Below, piece after piece: positions 20,553 to 32,999 of a stretch of DNA of 64,000 bases. Position numbers and translations under genes: made by a program. Source of the DNA: an uncultured Planctomycetota bacterium (GTDB lineage: Bacteria > Planctomycetota > Planctomycetia > Isosphaerales > Isosphaeraceae); NCBI GenBank assembly GCA_963737655.1, contig CAVTTN010000002.1:4640001-4704000 (forward strand), in the 5' to 3' direction. The notes under the pieces are model-generated. The model ran no database searches, was not told the DNA's origin, and saw only the letters and a program-made list of their open reading frames with translations. Positions within the stretch are counted from its first letter, which is position 1; every line of letters begins with the position of its first letter.

Positions 20553-23500
20553 GTGAACGACGCCGATCAGCATCTCCTGACGATCTTCTCGACCGCGCTG
20601 GGCGCGACCCGGCCGGGGAGCGGGACGCGTACCTGGACGAGGCCTGCGCCGGGGCCCCGGCCTCCGGGATCGGGTCGAGGCCCTCCTGAGGGCCCACGAC
20701 CAGCCCGGGCGGTTCCTGGAGCCCGGCGATGCGGCCACGGTCGATGCCGCCCAGGGCCCGCCAGCACTCGGCGCGGATCAGCCCGACGTCTACGCCGCCC
20801 CGCCCGACGGTCTCGGCGCGACGCCCGACGGTGTCGGCGCGACGATCGGCCCGTACCGGCTGCTCCAGGTCATCGGCGAGGGCGGTATGGGCACCGTCTA
20901 CCTGGCCGAGCAGACGGCCCCGGTGAAGCGGGCCGTTGCCCTGAAGGTCATCAAGCCGGGGATGGACACGGGCCAGGTCGTCGCGCGATTCGAGGCCGAG
21001 CGGCAGGCCCTGGCGATGATGGACCACCCCTCGATCGCCAAGGTCTTCGACGCCGGGGCCACCGCGGCCGGGCGGCCGTACTTCGTGATGGAATTGGTCA
21101 AGGGCGTCCCGATCACGGAGTACTGCGACACCGTCCACCTGACGCCGAAGGAGCGCCTCGAGCTCTTCATCCCGGTCTGCGCGGCGGTGCAGCATGCGCA
21201 CCAAAAGGGGATCATCCATCGTGACATCAAGCCGTCGAACGTCCTGGTGGCGATGCAGGACGGCAAGCCGGTGCCGAAGGTGATCGACTTCGGGATCGCC
21301 AAGGCGACCGAGCAGAAGCTCACCGAGCGGTCGCTATTCACGCAGCACGGAGCGATCGTGGGCACGCTCGAATACATGAGCCCCGAGCAGGCCGAGATGT
21401 CGGCCCTCGGAGTGGACACGCGGACCGACGTGTACGCCCTGGGCGTGATGCTCTACGAGCTGCTGACCGGTTCCACGCCCCTGGAACGCGCCCGGCTGCG
21501 GGAATCCGCCTACGCGGCGATCCTCAAGCGCATCAGGGAGGAGGAGCCGCCGAAGCCGAGCACGAGGCTGAGCGAGTCGGGCGATTCGCTCTCGTCGGTG
21601 GCCGCCCAGCGGAGGACGGAGCCGTCGCGGCTGACGAAGCTGGTGCGAGGCGACCTCGACTGGATCGTGATGAAGTCGATCGAGAAGGACCGCGTCCGTC
21701 GCTACGAGACGGCCAACGGGCTGCGCGCGACATCCGCCGCTACCTCGACGGCGACGCGGTGGAGGCCTGCCCGCCGTCGGCGTCCTACAAGCTGTCGAAG
21801 TTCGCCCGCAAGCACCGGGCGGCGCTGGCGACGGCCGGGGCGTTCGCGCTGCTGCTCGTGGCGGCCACGGCGATCAGCGTCGGGCTGGCCATGTGGGCGG
21901 ATCGCGAGCGGGGCCGTGCCGTGAACGCCGAGAAATTGGCGAGGGCGCAGCAGGCCCGCGCCGAGGACCGCGAGCAGATGGCGATCGACGCCGTGAAGCG
22001 GTTCCGCGACTCGGTCGCCGGCGAGCCCGAGCTGAAGAACACGCCTGCGCTGGAGGGCCTACGGAAGCGCCTCCTGAAAGAGCCTTTGACGTTCTTCCGC
22101 GCCCTGCGCGACCGCCTGCAGGCCGACGGCGACACCCGCCCCGAATCCCTGGCACGCCTGGCCGATGCCAGCTACGACATGGGCGGCTTGATTTACGAGA
22201 TCGGTGACAAGCAGGACGCCCTGATCGCCTATCGAGAGGCGCTGGCCGTCCGACAACAACTGGTCGACACCCATCCCCTCGCCCCCGAGTACCAGGACAA
22301 GCTGGCGAGGACCTACAACAGCATTGGCGCCCTGCTGAGGGAGACCGGTGAGCCATCTGAGGCGATGAAGGCCATCGAAGCGGGGCGGGCTATCTTTCAG
22401 GCGCTGGCCGATGCCCACCCCACCGTCTCCGAGATCCGTGGCTACCTGGCGGACAGCCACTACAACATCGGCCTCCTCTTGAGCGAGACCGGGAAGCCGG
22501 CCGAGGCGATGAGGGCTTACGAGTCGGCGCTGACCATCCGCCAGAAGTTGGCCGACGCCGACCCCTCCAACGACGGATTCCAAAGCAAGGTGGCGATCAG
22601 TCAAAATAGCATGGGTAGTCTGCTGAGCGAGACCGGAAGGTTGGGTGAGGCGCTGAAGAGCCTCGAATCGGGGCTGCGGATCCGCCAGAGGCTGGCCGAA
22701 GCCAACCTGTCCAACACCACATACCAGCACAACCTGGCGATGAGCCACTTCAACGTCGCCATCTTGCTGAGGACCACCGGTAGGATGCAGGAGGCGCTGA
22801 ATGAGTATAAGTCGGCACGGGCGATCCGGCAAAGGCTAGCCGACGCCAACCCCTCCGTCACCGCGTTCCAGAGTCACGTGGCCGGCAGCCACAATAACAT
22901 CGGCATCTTGCTGCGGGAGATGGGAAAACCGACCGAGGCGCTCACGGCCTTCGAGTCGGTCATAGCGATTCAGAGAAAGCTCGCGGACTCCAATTCCTCC
23001 GTGATCGAGTTTCAGAGCGGCCTGTCGGACGGATACGTCAACCTCGCCGGATTGCTTTACGAAACCGGGAAGCCGGCCGAGGCGATGAGGGCCTACAAGT
23101 CGGCGCTAACCATCCGCAAAAAGTTGGCCGACGCCAACCCCTCCGTCACCGCGCTCCAGAGCGCCCTGGCGACGATCCACAACAACATCGGCGGCCTGTC
23201 GAGCGAGACCGGGGAGCCGGACAAGGCATTGAGGGCCTACGAGGAGGCGCTGACGATCCGACGGAGGCTGGCCGACGACAATCCCTCCGTCATCGACTTC
23301 CAGTTCGCCGTGGCTTACATCCACTTCAACATCGGCAACCTGATGAGCGGGACCTCCAGGCCGGCCGAGGCGATGAGGGCCTACGATCAGGCGATGCCGA
23401 TCCTGAGGGCGCTCGTGCGCGATCACCCCGAATCGCCCGATTTCGCGAGCCTCCTGGGCGTGACCCTGAATAACATCGCCAACATCGACCTGGCGGCGAT

Positions 23501-24227
23501 GAGATTCCAGGATGCCCGCGATCGACTCCTCGAGTCGGCGAAATGGCAGAGCGTGGCCCTCGCCGCCGTCCCTACGAACCCGACTTATCGCGCCTACCAG
23601 GTCCACAACCTGGAAAGCGTCGTCATGGTGAGCCAAGCACTCGGTGATACGAAAGGTGTCATCGAGGCCGAGCGTGAGCTCCGGGAACTCCGGGATTCGG
23701 ACCCCTCGATGGCGGGCCTGGACGCCCGACTCGCGGCCATCATCCGTGGCGATCAACGACCCGAGGACGATGCCGAACGGCTGCGACTGGCACAGCGAGC
23801 CTTCGACAAGGCGCTGCACGCAACGGCCTCCCGGCTCAGGGCCGAGGCCCTCGCGTCTACGCCCGGGCTGGGCGACGATAGGAAGGCGCAACATCGCTAC
23901 GACGCCGCCTGCGCCGCCGCCCTCGCCGCCTGCGGCCAGGGTCAGGATGAGCACAAGCCCGACGAAGCCGGCCGAGTCGGGCTCCGCCGCCAGGCCCTCG
24001 ATTGGCTCCGGGACGAGCTGTCGGCGTGGAGGCGGGTCGCGATGACGGCCGAGCCAGGAAACAAGGAGGTCGTCGCGAAGACGCTCCAGCACTGGAAGAC
24101 CGACCGCGACCTCGCCGGCCTCCGCGACCCCGAGCACCTGGCCAGGCTCCCGGAGGAGGAACGCGAGGCGTTCCGGCGGCTCTGGGCCGACGTCGATGCC
24201 CTCCTGGCCAGGGCCGAGGGCCGATAG
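20553..24227 (+). CDS. serine/threonine protein kinase with TPR repeats (frameshifts near 20600-20670 and 21730)
   Basis: Kinase motifs [17 protein letters not shown] in 20887-21924; TPR repeats in 21759-24227. Confidence 0.9.
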
Positions 24228-24400
24228 CCCGCCGGCGTGGCGCCCCCACCGATTCATGACGCAGGCGACCGGGCCGCCCATCGCGGGCAAGCCGCGCGGT
24301 GGCCCGCGCCCGGGATCGCGGTACGTCAAGTCCCGTCCGGCATCCGAACGAGTCGATCCTCACGCATCGGTCACCCCCTCACCTCGAAAGGGCCAACGTC

Positions 24401-27400
24401 ATGGATACGAATTCCCGCGCGTCTCGCCGACTTCCCGATTTCATCCGCCGACGGCCAGCCGGCACCCGTTACCGTCCCTCGATGGAGCCGCTGGAGGCCC
24501 GCTCCCTGCTCACTACCTTCAGCGTGATCAACACCAACGACAGCGGCGCCGGCTCGCTCCGGCAGGCGATCCTGGACGCAAACGACACGGTCGCGTCCCC
24601 CGGCCCGGATACGATCATCTTTGACATCCCCGGCGCGGGTGTGCACACGATCACGCCGCAGTCGGACCTGACGATCACCGACCCGGTGACGATCGACGGT
24701 TACACCCAGCCCGGTGCGCGAGCCAACACGCTGGCGATCGGCAGCGACGCCGTGCTCCTGATCGAGATCGACGGGCTTGGCGACGCAAACGGCACCGGGA
24801 TCACCCTCGGCGGCGGCGACAGCACGCTCCGCGGCCTGGTCATCAATCGGTTCACCACCGGGGTCATCGCCGACTCCGATCGCAACGTGATCGCCGGCAA
24901 CTTCGTCGGCACCGACGCGGCCGGCGTTGCCGACCTGGGCAACCTCTTGAACGGGATCGTGATCGTATCGGGGGCGGGCAACCTCGTCGGAGGCGCATCG
25001 GCCGCCGCGCGGAATGTTGTTTCGGGCAACGTCGAGAACAATATCGTCGTGGGGGGGTTCGATACGAACTTCACGCCATCCCCCGCCAGGACGATCATCC
25101 AGGGCAACTATGTCGGGACGAACGCCGCGGGGACGAGCCGGGTCGAATCGGGGGGAGGCCAAATCGGAGGCGACGGCATCCTCCTGACTTCGGGGGACGG
25201 CACCGTCATCGGAGGAGCGTCGGCGTACGCGCGAAACGTGATCTCCGGTAACACGGGCAGGGGCATCTTCTGCCGTGACAACAATACCAATCTGACGATC
25301 CAGGGCAACTTCATCGGCGTCGACGCGACCGGGGCCGTGGCGCTAGGGAACCATCAGGTCGGAATCTCGGTGACGTCCGGCACCACCCCCGCCGACGGCT
25401 TCACGATCGGCGGCACCGCGACCGGGGCCGGCAACGTGATCTCGGGCAACACCGAGGAAGGCGTTTCCATCTCGGCTCGCGACCTGGTCTTCCAGGGCAA
25501 CTTCGTCGGCACCAACGCCGCGGGGACTGCGGTGATCGGCAACGGCTCGATCGGAGTCCACATCGCCAACGGCGGCAATCCGGACGGCCCGCGCAACGAC
25601 CTCATCGGCGGGACGACGGCCGCCGCAAGGAACGTGATCGCGGGGAACGGCGCGGGGCCGGGGACAGCCACCGGGGGCATCCTCATCACGGGGATCGACC
25701 TCGGGACCAAGCTCGTGCAGGGGAATTTCATCGGCACCCTGGCCGACGGCGTTACCCCGGCCGGCAACAACGGCTTCGGCGTCGAGGTCGCGGATCGGGC
25801 CACGATCGGCGGCACCGCGGCCGGTTCCGGCAACGTGATCGCCAACAACACGAGCGCCGGGGTGGTGGTGGGAGGGGACGGCTTCCCGCCCTATCCTACC
25901 GGGATTTCGATCTCGGGGAATTCCATCTACAACAACGTCGTGGCCGGGATCGCCCTGGGCATCAACCCGTTCACCAATGGCCCCCTCCCCCCACCTCCCA
26001 ACGACCCCGGCGACAACGACACCGGGGCGAACAACCTCCAGAACTACCCGCTTGTCAGCTCGGTCGTCCTCTCCGCCGGCGGCGCGATGGTAAACGGAAC
26101 CCTGAACAGCCAGCCGTCGACCGCCTACGCGATCGAATTCTTCTCGAACGTCTCGCTCGACCCGGCCGTGCCCAACGGGAGGCAGACGTTCCTCGGCACG
26201 ACCACGGTGACGACCGATGCGGCGGGCAACATCGCCTTCTCGGCCCAAGTGGCCGCTCCCCCGGCGGGCCAGTCGCTCGTGACGGCCACCGCCACCGATC
26301 CGGACGGCAACACCTCGATCTTCTCCATCATTCCGGCCATCGTCGTCGCCCCCGCCACGACCGCCGACCTCGCCGTCACGATCGGCGGCACGCCCGACCC
26401 GGTCGTCGCGGGGGCCGTCCTGTCCTACGCCATCACTCTCACCAACGCCGGACCCAACGATGCCCAGGGCGTGACGCTGACCGACGCGATCCCGGCCAAC
26501 ACGACATTCCTCTCCTTCACCGCCCCGCCCGGCTGGACGGCCACGACCCCGACCGTCGGCGGCGCGGGCAACGTCTCCGCGATCGTCGCGAGCCTGGCCA
26601 ACGGCGCGGTTGCGACCTTCACGTTGTCCGTGCGTGTCTCCCCCGACACCCCCGGCGGAGCGACCATCGCGGATACGAGCGCCGCGACCGCGACTACGGG
26701 CGACCCCAATCCGGCCAACAACTCCGCCACCGGTTCCGTTGGGGTCGTCACGCCCGTGGTCCCGACCGCCGACCTCGCCGTCACTGCGACCGCCGGCCCC
26801 GGCCCCCTGATCGTTGGCGACAGCGTCGTCTACACGATCATCGGCACGAATCTCGGGCCGGATGCGGCCACCGGCGCGGTCATGACCGACACGTTGCCGG
26901 ACGGCGTGGACTTCCTCTCGGCGAGCGTCGGGACCTTCGATCCCGCGTCCCGGACGCTCACGGCCAGCCTCGGCAACCTGGCGCGGGGTCTCGTGCGACG
27001 GTGACGATCACCGCGAGGGCCAACACTGCGGGGATGCTCACCGACATCGCCCACATCCAGGGCAACGAGGCCGACCCGGACCCGGCCAATAACTCGTCGT
27101 CCACGACGATCGCGGTGAACTCACCGTCTTCCCCGGCCAGCGTCGACCTCGCGGTGAATGGCCTTGCCGCGCCTGAACCGGTCGTGATCGGCCAGGAACT
27201 GACCTACACGCTAACGGTCGCCGTTCGCGGGGCGTCCGGCCCGGCCACCGGAGTGACCCTGGTCGACACCTTGCCGGTCGGGGTGGGCTTCGTCTCGACG
27301 AGCCGTGGTCAATTCGATCCGTCACGCCGCGCGGTCACGGCCAACCTCGGCACGCTCGCCGCCGGGGCCTCGGACACGGTGACGATCGTCGTGAGGCCCA

Positions 27401-28002
27401 CGACGGCCGGCGTGCTGGAGGATACGGCAGCAGCCACAGCCAACGAAAACGACCCTGACCTGGCCAACAATCGAGTCGTCGTCCCCAGCACGGTGGCGAC
27501 ACCTACACCCCTCGTCCCCGGCACCGTGGCGACACCTACACCCCTCGTCCCCGGCACCGTGGGGACGCCTACGCCCCTCGCGCCGGAGGCGTCGCCGATG
27601 GTCCTGAGCGTGCAACGCTTCGGCATCCACGAGCAGCTCACGAGGCTGGTGCTGCGCTTCAGCGCCGCGCTGGACCCGGCCCGCGCCCTGGACCCGCGAA
27701 GCTACCGCATCATCGGCCCCGGAGGCCGGCCGATCGCCGTGGACTCTGCCGTCTACGATGCGACGGCGAGGACCGTCACCCTGCACCCGCATACGCGACT
27801 GGACGTGCACCGTCGCTACCGTCTGACGGCCTACGGCACCGGAACGCGCGCGTTGGTCGGCACATCCGGCGTCCTCCTGGACGGTACTCGTACTGGTCGC
27901 CCCGGCAGCGACTTCGCAACGATCGTCGATCGGAGCGTCCTGGTCCTGCCTGACTCCACCCATACGGGCGTCCGGAGTCGCTCGTCCCGGGGCGGGTCTT
28001 GA
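24401..28002 (+). CDS. large surface protein: beta-helix repeats + DUF11 domains (frameshift near 26990)
   Basis: RPSMEPLEARSLL motif, NTNDSGAGSLRQAI, repeated NVISGN/QGNFIGT, ADLAVT...DP.PANN (DUF11). Confidence 0.85.
27481..27579 (+). repeat. 3 x 33-bp coding tandem repeat (VPxTVxTPTPL linker)
   Basis: Directly visible in sequence and translation. Confidence 0.85.
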
Positions 28003-28129
28003 TCTCCGAGCCACTCGGAGAGGTTGACTCCCGTTCGCGCGACCGGGGTGCGCCTTCTTGCGCAGTTGATGCACCCGACCTCACAGCCATTTGAAGGGGT
28101 CAGCACCTCGAGCCGCCCAGCTTGTCACG

Positions 28130-28494
28130 AATCGTTGCGGTGCACCGTCGTTGCTCATCTCGACCTTGTAGCTTCCTTGCTTCATCAGTTCCGGCGCCAG
28201 CAACATGGCCAGCCGCAACTGACCCGGGCCGATCAATCGGCCCAGGTTGCGTTTCACCTCGCTGTAGGCGGCGTAGTCATGGGCGAAGTTGCGGTTGATC
28301 TCCCGAGGCCGTCGCCACGTCGAACCGAGCGGTGATCAGCCGGAGGATCCCAGGGTCCGCCTCGGCCAGCTCCATCAGGAGATCCACCAGCTCGGCTTTC
28401 TTGCAGCGCATCGGCGCCGCGCACAGCGCGGCCGTCGGACCAGGTGGCTTCCGAGAGGGGACCACTTCGCGGGGCCGGGACCGGGCCTGGGCAT
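28130..28494 (-). pseudogene. degraded hypothetical protein
   Basis: Protein-like pieces in different frames: KAELVDLLMELAEADPGILR and DYAAYSEVKRNLGRLI...ELMKQGSYKVEMS. Confidence 0.4.
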
Positions 28495-28523
28495 GGCCTC
28501 GATTCCGTGTGGTGGTGCCTTCC

Positions 28524-30200
28524 TCAATGGGGATCAATTCGTACGGTCTGGCCCGAATGGTCAACGCTCAGACCAAGGGCGTCGCGGTAGTTCCACGGCA
28601 TCCAGCGCTCAGGACTGGCCGAGATCGCCTCGGCGTGCCGCTGCAGCCGGGTCAGGTAGTCGAACGGGTTGGCCCGGTTCAACTGGCAGGTGTAGATCAG
28701 GCTCATGAACAGTTCGCCGACACGGGCGCCATTCTGCGTCTCGTAAAATAGCGCGTTCTTTCGGTGCAGGATCGCCTTCTTCAACGCCCGCTCGCATAGG
28801 TTGTTGTCCAGCGGCGCACCGGCCCGACGCAGGAACAGCGTCAGCTCCTCCCAGTGCTTGAGCATGTAAGTGATCGCGCCGCCTAGGGCCGAATTGGGCC
28901 CGGTCCGCTTCTCCTCCAGTTGCCGCGTCAGCCAGTCGCGCAGCGCATGCATCGTCGGCCCGCTCGCTTCCTGATGGAGCCGCAGACGGGCCTCGGGCGA
29001 CAGCCGACGCTCCCGCGCCACGGCGTCGTTGCGATAGACCACAGCCAGCGATTCGAGCAGGTGGCGGCACGGCTCGGGAAATCGATCATGGACGTCGACG
29101 AACCGCCGCCGGGCATGGGCCAGGCACTGCGCCAGGATCGGCTCCAGCTCGGCCGGCAGGTTGCGCGAGAGCGCGTCGCACATCTGGATCGGTGGCGGCA
29201 ACGTCTCGGCGCGGTGCTTGAGAACCTCCGCGAGGTTCTCGCCCGCGTGCCGGCGGCCGCTGAAGAACAGCGCGACCCGGCGGCCGTCGCGCAGCGCCAC
29301 CACGCCGGAGGTGTACAGGCCCCGGCGCCGATCGGCGTCACTCAGGTCTTCCGCGGCACCGTCCGGGACCTCGTGCCGGCCTCGTTCCCCCATCAGCTCG
29401 AGGATCTTGACCGTGGTGTCGTCGTTGTGCACCACCTCCCCCTGCGCCGCCTGACGGATCAACTCCGCGAACGCCGGGGCCAGGTCCACCGCGACGACCC
29501 GCACGATGTCCCACTGGGTCGAGGCCGGCAGCGGGACGCCCAGGTCCCCCTGCAGGCCATCGAGCCGGTTGAACGGCAGTCCGCTTCCGTATTTCAAGAG
29601 CCCGATCATGCTGCCGGCCGTGGCGTCGTACTTCCTGCCGCCGGCCGCTGCGGGCGCGGGTGCGGTGAAGACCCGGCCGCAGAGATGGCATCGCAGCTTT
29701 TGCAACCGGTAGACCTTGGCCGCCAGCGGCGGCGGCCCGGTGATCCGCACGAGCACGCCCGGGGCCTTGTCATAGACGATGCCCTGACCGCAGTCGGGAC
29801 ACGCTTCGCCCGCACGGAGCGACGGGTGCACAACGTCGATCTCCGTGCCACATGTGTATGAGTCGGCTCCGTTGCGTCCGTGACCCTTGGAGGCCGCGGC
29901 GTCCGATTCGTCGCCGCTCCCATCGCCGGCAGCCGATCCGGTCTCGGCGGCGGCATCGGGCGTCTTGATCTTCGGCCCCACCACGGCGTCGGTCTTCTCC
30001 GTGCGCGCCCCGAAGAACAGCTGGCGGAGCCGGCGAATCGAGGTGTTCTTGTCATCCACCAGGTCGGACACGTAGGCGTACGACGCGAAGACCGCACGGA
30101 TCAGCGCGGGGTCCTCCTCGTCGAGCGCTTGCTCGACGCGGCGCAGGACGTCCTCCAATCGGGCGCTATCCACCTCGACGAGCTCCGGCGCGTTTCGCAT
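28524..30200 (-). CDS. tnpC: IS66 transposase TnpC
   Basis: LRQLFFG..TEK, zinc ribbon CPDCG..CHLCG, HNDDT, CLAHARRRF, DNNLCERAL, WMPWNY. Confidence 0.9.
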   Translation of the reverse strand: MRNAPELVEVDSARLEDVLRRVEQALDEEDPALIRAVFASYAYVSDLVDDKNTSIRRLRQLFFGARTEKTDAVVGPKIKTPDAAAETGSAAGDGSGDESDAAASKGHGRNGADSYTCGTEIDVVHPSLRAGEACPDCGQGIVYDKAPGVLVRITGPPPLAAKVYRLQKLRCHLCGRVFTAPAPAAAGGRKYDATAGSMIGLLKYGSGLPFNRLDGLQGDLGVPLPASTQWDIVRVVAVDLAPAFAELIRQAAQGEVVHNDDTTVKILELMGERGRHEVPDGAAEDLSDADRRRGLYTSGVVALRDGRRVALFFSGRRHAGENLAEVLKHRAETLPPPIQMCDALSRNLPAELEPILAQCLAHARRRFVDVHDRFPEPCRHLLESLAVVYRNDAVARERRLSPEARLRLHQEASGPTMHALRDWLTRQLEEKRTGPNSALGGAITYMLKHWEELTLFLRRAGAPLDNNLCERALKKAILHRKNALFYETQNGARVGELFMSLIYTCQLNRANPFDYLTRLQRHAEAISASPERWMPWNYRDALGLSVDHSGQTVRIDPH

Positions 30201-30320
30201 CCCGGCGACCGGCGGAAAAGATTGACGTCGCCGACCGTCTCCCCGGGGCCGCCTCGGCATGGCATCCAGGCTCCAGTGGAGCAAGGCGGAGGCCATCTCG
30301 CAAGAGTCCAGGACGGCGGG

Positions 30321-30683
30321 TCAGGTCAAAGGACCCACCGGCCGCCAGTCGGCCGCCGCGCCGGTTCGCGTCGGGTCGCCGGCCGAGAGCAGGACCGCCA
30401 GCTGATGCGCGGCCAGGCGGTGGGCCGTGCCCTCGGCGGCCGAGGGCCACCACGGGAGGCGGCCTTGCGAGAGCCGCTTGTGGCAGAGCCAAAATCCCTG
30501 GCCGTCGTACATGAGCAGATTCAGCGCCGTCGCCCTGCGATTGCGGAAGACGAAGTCGGCACCGGCGAACGGGTCGTGCTGTAGGATCTCCTGACAGAGC
30601 CGCGCCAGGCCGTCGATCCCGCGGCGAAAATCGGCCGGCTCGACGGCGACGAGGATCTTCATCTGAGGTGTGATCTGGAGCAT
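30321..30683 (-). CDS. tnpB: IS66 accessory protein TnpB
   Basis: DFRRGIDGL, FVFRNR, YDGQGFWLCHKRL. Confidence 0.9.
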   Translation of the reverse strand: MLQITPQMKILVAVEPADFRRGIDGLARLCQEILQHDPFAGADFVFRNRRATALNLLMYDGQGFWLCHKRLSQGRLPWWPSAAEGTAHRLAAHQLAVLLSAGDPTRTGAAADWRPVGPLT

Positions 30684-31075
30684 CACCGGGCGTCCCAGAA
30701 GCTGCGCAACAGCGCCTCGACATCGGCCGCATCGTAGCCCACCAAATGCATGCGCATGGTGGCCCCGGATCCGTTGTCCAGCTCGAGCCGACACTCCTTG
30801 CCGACCAGGACCGGCGAAGGCAGCTCGACGAACGCAGGGCCGCTCGACCGCGGTCCGCTGGCATCCGGCTCGGTCCGTTCCTTCAAGCGGTAGTAATCGA
30901 GGCCGAGCGCCGCGGCGGTGCGACTGACCCCATGAACTTTCGCCAGCCGGGCGGCCATCGCCCAAAGCACTTGGGGAATCCGGCCGCCCGCCTGCCCCTG
31001 CCTCCGCCACGCCTGAAACCGGTTCCGCCCACGCTCCAGATCGGGCGGTAACTGCTCACGCTTGCTCGTGCCCAT
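30683..31075 (-). CDS. IS66 TnpA-like HTH protein
   Basis: RIPQVLWAMAA..GVSRTAAAL, PAFVEL; position upstream of tnpB. Confidence 0.75.
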   Translation of the reverse strand: MGTSKREQLPPDLERGRNRFQAWRRQGQAGGRIPQVLWAMAARLAKVHGVSRTAAALGLDYYRLKERTEPDASGPRSSGPAFVELPSPVLVGKECRLELDNGSGATMRMHLVGYDAADVEALLRSFWDAR

Positions 31076-31615
31076 CGCGGTCCTCCAAGACGAGGACCGC
31101 CACCCTAGCGGATCAGCCAGAAGAATTCATGCACGCTTGCCGGAAGGACACGGAGCCTCTGGTCCTGCTCGTCGTCGGCCTCGCCGGTCGCGTCTCGCAT
31201 CGACGACGCCATCGGTCGCGCCCCCGGAGTCGTGCCCATCGGTCGGGCTCGTCGTCGTCTCCACCGGTCGTGCGCCGCGTCGTCGGTCTCGCGGGTCGGG
31301 CTCGTCGTCGTCGCGGGTCGCGCTCCTGGTCTCGTCGTCGTGGGTCGTGCGCGTCGTCGTCCTCGCCGGCCCGTCGGCCATGCCCTTGTCGGCGCGTGTC
31401 GTCGGTGCCAAGATGGCGTGGTCGGTCCGTGGGCGCCTCCGAGATGCCGCCGCCTCCCCGTGAACTCTTCGCGCCGGCGGTTCGGCATCGGTTGATACTA
31501 TGTGGGCGTGATCATCGATCGGCCCGCATCCCCCCCGGCCCCCGCGACGACGGGGACGGCCCGATCCGGCTCGGCGGGGCTTGCGGCCGGGCGCCCCGCC
31601 TCCGACCCGTCGCCC

Positions 31616-32968
31616 TCACGACGGCGGGGATGGCGGCGACTTCGCCACCAGCTCGTAGCCCAGCGACCTCGCCTTGCGCCGCAGCGAACGCTCCTGCTTC
31701 CGCCTCACCTCCGCCTCGTACTCCGCCAGCGACCTCGACACGTACTCCTCGCCGTGCCTGAGCAGCCGGTACACCAGCCGCGACAGCTTGTGCGCCGTCG
31801 CCGTGATCGCCCCCCGGCCGCCGATCCGGCCCTTGATCCGCCGGTAGAACTGGCCCGTCGCCGTCGCCGTCCGGCCCGCCGCCTGCGCCGCCATCCGCAG
31901 CGCCTGCCCCACCCGGTCCTTGCCCCGGCGCGGCGTGCGACGCCGCTCGGTCTTGTTGCTCCGGTCGGTCCGCGGGCAGAGGCCCAGCCAGCTGGCGAAG
32001 TGCTTCTCGCTCGGGAACCGCCCCACGTCGCCGCCGAGCTCGGCCAGGATCACCGTCGCCGTCGTCGCGTCGATCCCCTCGATGGCCGTCAGGTCCACGC
32101 CGATCGCCCGGGCCAGCTTGGCCGGGGCGTCGAACCGCACGTCGTTGGCCTTGCGGCCCCTCTTGCGCGGCCTCGGGGCGACCGGCCCGCCCCCGGAGCG
32201 GTCGGGCAGGCGGTCCAGCTCCTCGGCGATCCGGGCGTCGCACTCGTCGACCTGGCGGTGGAGGTAGTGGTACAGGTCGGACGCCTGCTTCAGGGCGAAC
32301 AGGTGCTCGGGCCGCCAGGTGCCCTCCAGGGCCCGGGCGATCTCCGCCTCGTCCCGGGCGCACCGCTCGTGCCGCAGCGCGGCCAGCTTCGCCGGGTGGC
32401 GCTCGCCGGCGAGGATGGCGGCGATGATCGCCGTGCCGGTGACGCCCGTGATGCTGCTGACGACCTCGGTCAGCTTCACATTCATCTGCTCCAAAGCCTT
32501 CTGCATGTGCTGGACGTGGTGCGAGGCGTACCGCACGAGCATCTGCCGCTGCCGCCAGTAGCCGCGCAGGGCCAGGACGGCCCCGGGCGGGCGGAAGGAC
32601 GGGCGGAGCAGGCCGCAGGCGTGGAGGCGCTGGAGCCACTGGCAGTCGAGCCGGTCGGTCTTGGGCCGGGCGCCGCAGTGGCTGGCCTGGCTCGGCTCGA
32701 TGAGGAAGACCTCGAAGCCGCGCGATTCGAGCAGCTCGAACAGGGGGATCCAGTAGACGCCGGTGGACTCCAGGACCACCGAGGTGACGCCCTCGGCCCG
32801 GAACCAATCGGCCAGGGCGTGGAGGTCGGCCGAGCAGGCGCCGAAGGTGCGGACCCGTCCGGGCCCGACGCAGGCGACGTGGTTGTCGGAGTGGACGTCG
32901 ACGGCGGCGGCGTGGGGGTGGACGACCGGCAGGGACGCGTCGGGATCGGGGGGCGTGCGGCGACTCAT
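31616..32968 (-). CDS. IS110 family DEDD recombinase/transposase
   Basis: AAVDVH, VVLESTGVYW, KTDRLDC, IEGI...ILAELG..RFPSEKHFASWLGLCP...S, ATAHKL. Confidence 0.95.
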   Translation of the reverse strand: MSRRTPPDPDASLPVVHPHAAAVDVHSDNHVACVGPGRVRTFGACSADLHALADWFRAEGVTSVVLESTGVYWIPLFELLESRGFEVFLIEPSQASHCGARPKTDRLDCQWLQRLHACGLLRPSFRPPGAVLALRGYWRQRQMLVRYASHHVQHMQKALEQMNVKLTEVVSSITGVTGTAIIAAILAGERHPAKLAALRHERCARDEAEIARALEGTWRPEHLFALKQASDLYHYLHRQVDECDARIAEELDRLPDRSGGGPVAPRPRKRGRKANDVRFDAPAKLARAIGVDLTAIEGIDATTATVILAELGGDVGRFPSEKHFASWLGLCPRTDRSNKTERRRTPRRGKDRVGQALRMAAQAAGRTATATGQFYRRIKGRIGGRGAITATAHKLSRLVYRLLRHGEEYVSRSLAEYEAEVRRKQERSLRRKARSLGYELVAKSPPSPPS

Positions 32969-32999
32969 GGCGAGGGCTCCGGCGGGTGGGGGGCCAAGC

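Larger units (their letters stand above)
28524..31151 (-). mobile_element. IS66 family element (one end apparently missing)
   Basis: tnpA-tnpB-tnpC order; candidate terminus GTGTCCTTCCGGCAAGC at 31151; no matching inverted repeat found after tnpC. Confidence 0.85.

Noticed and set aside
22400..23400. Internal DNA repeats in the kinase gene as a diversity-generating retroelement
   Set aside because: They are in-frame TPR duplications; no reverse transcriptase or adenine-specific variation was seen
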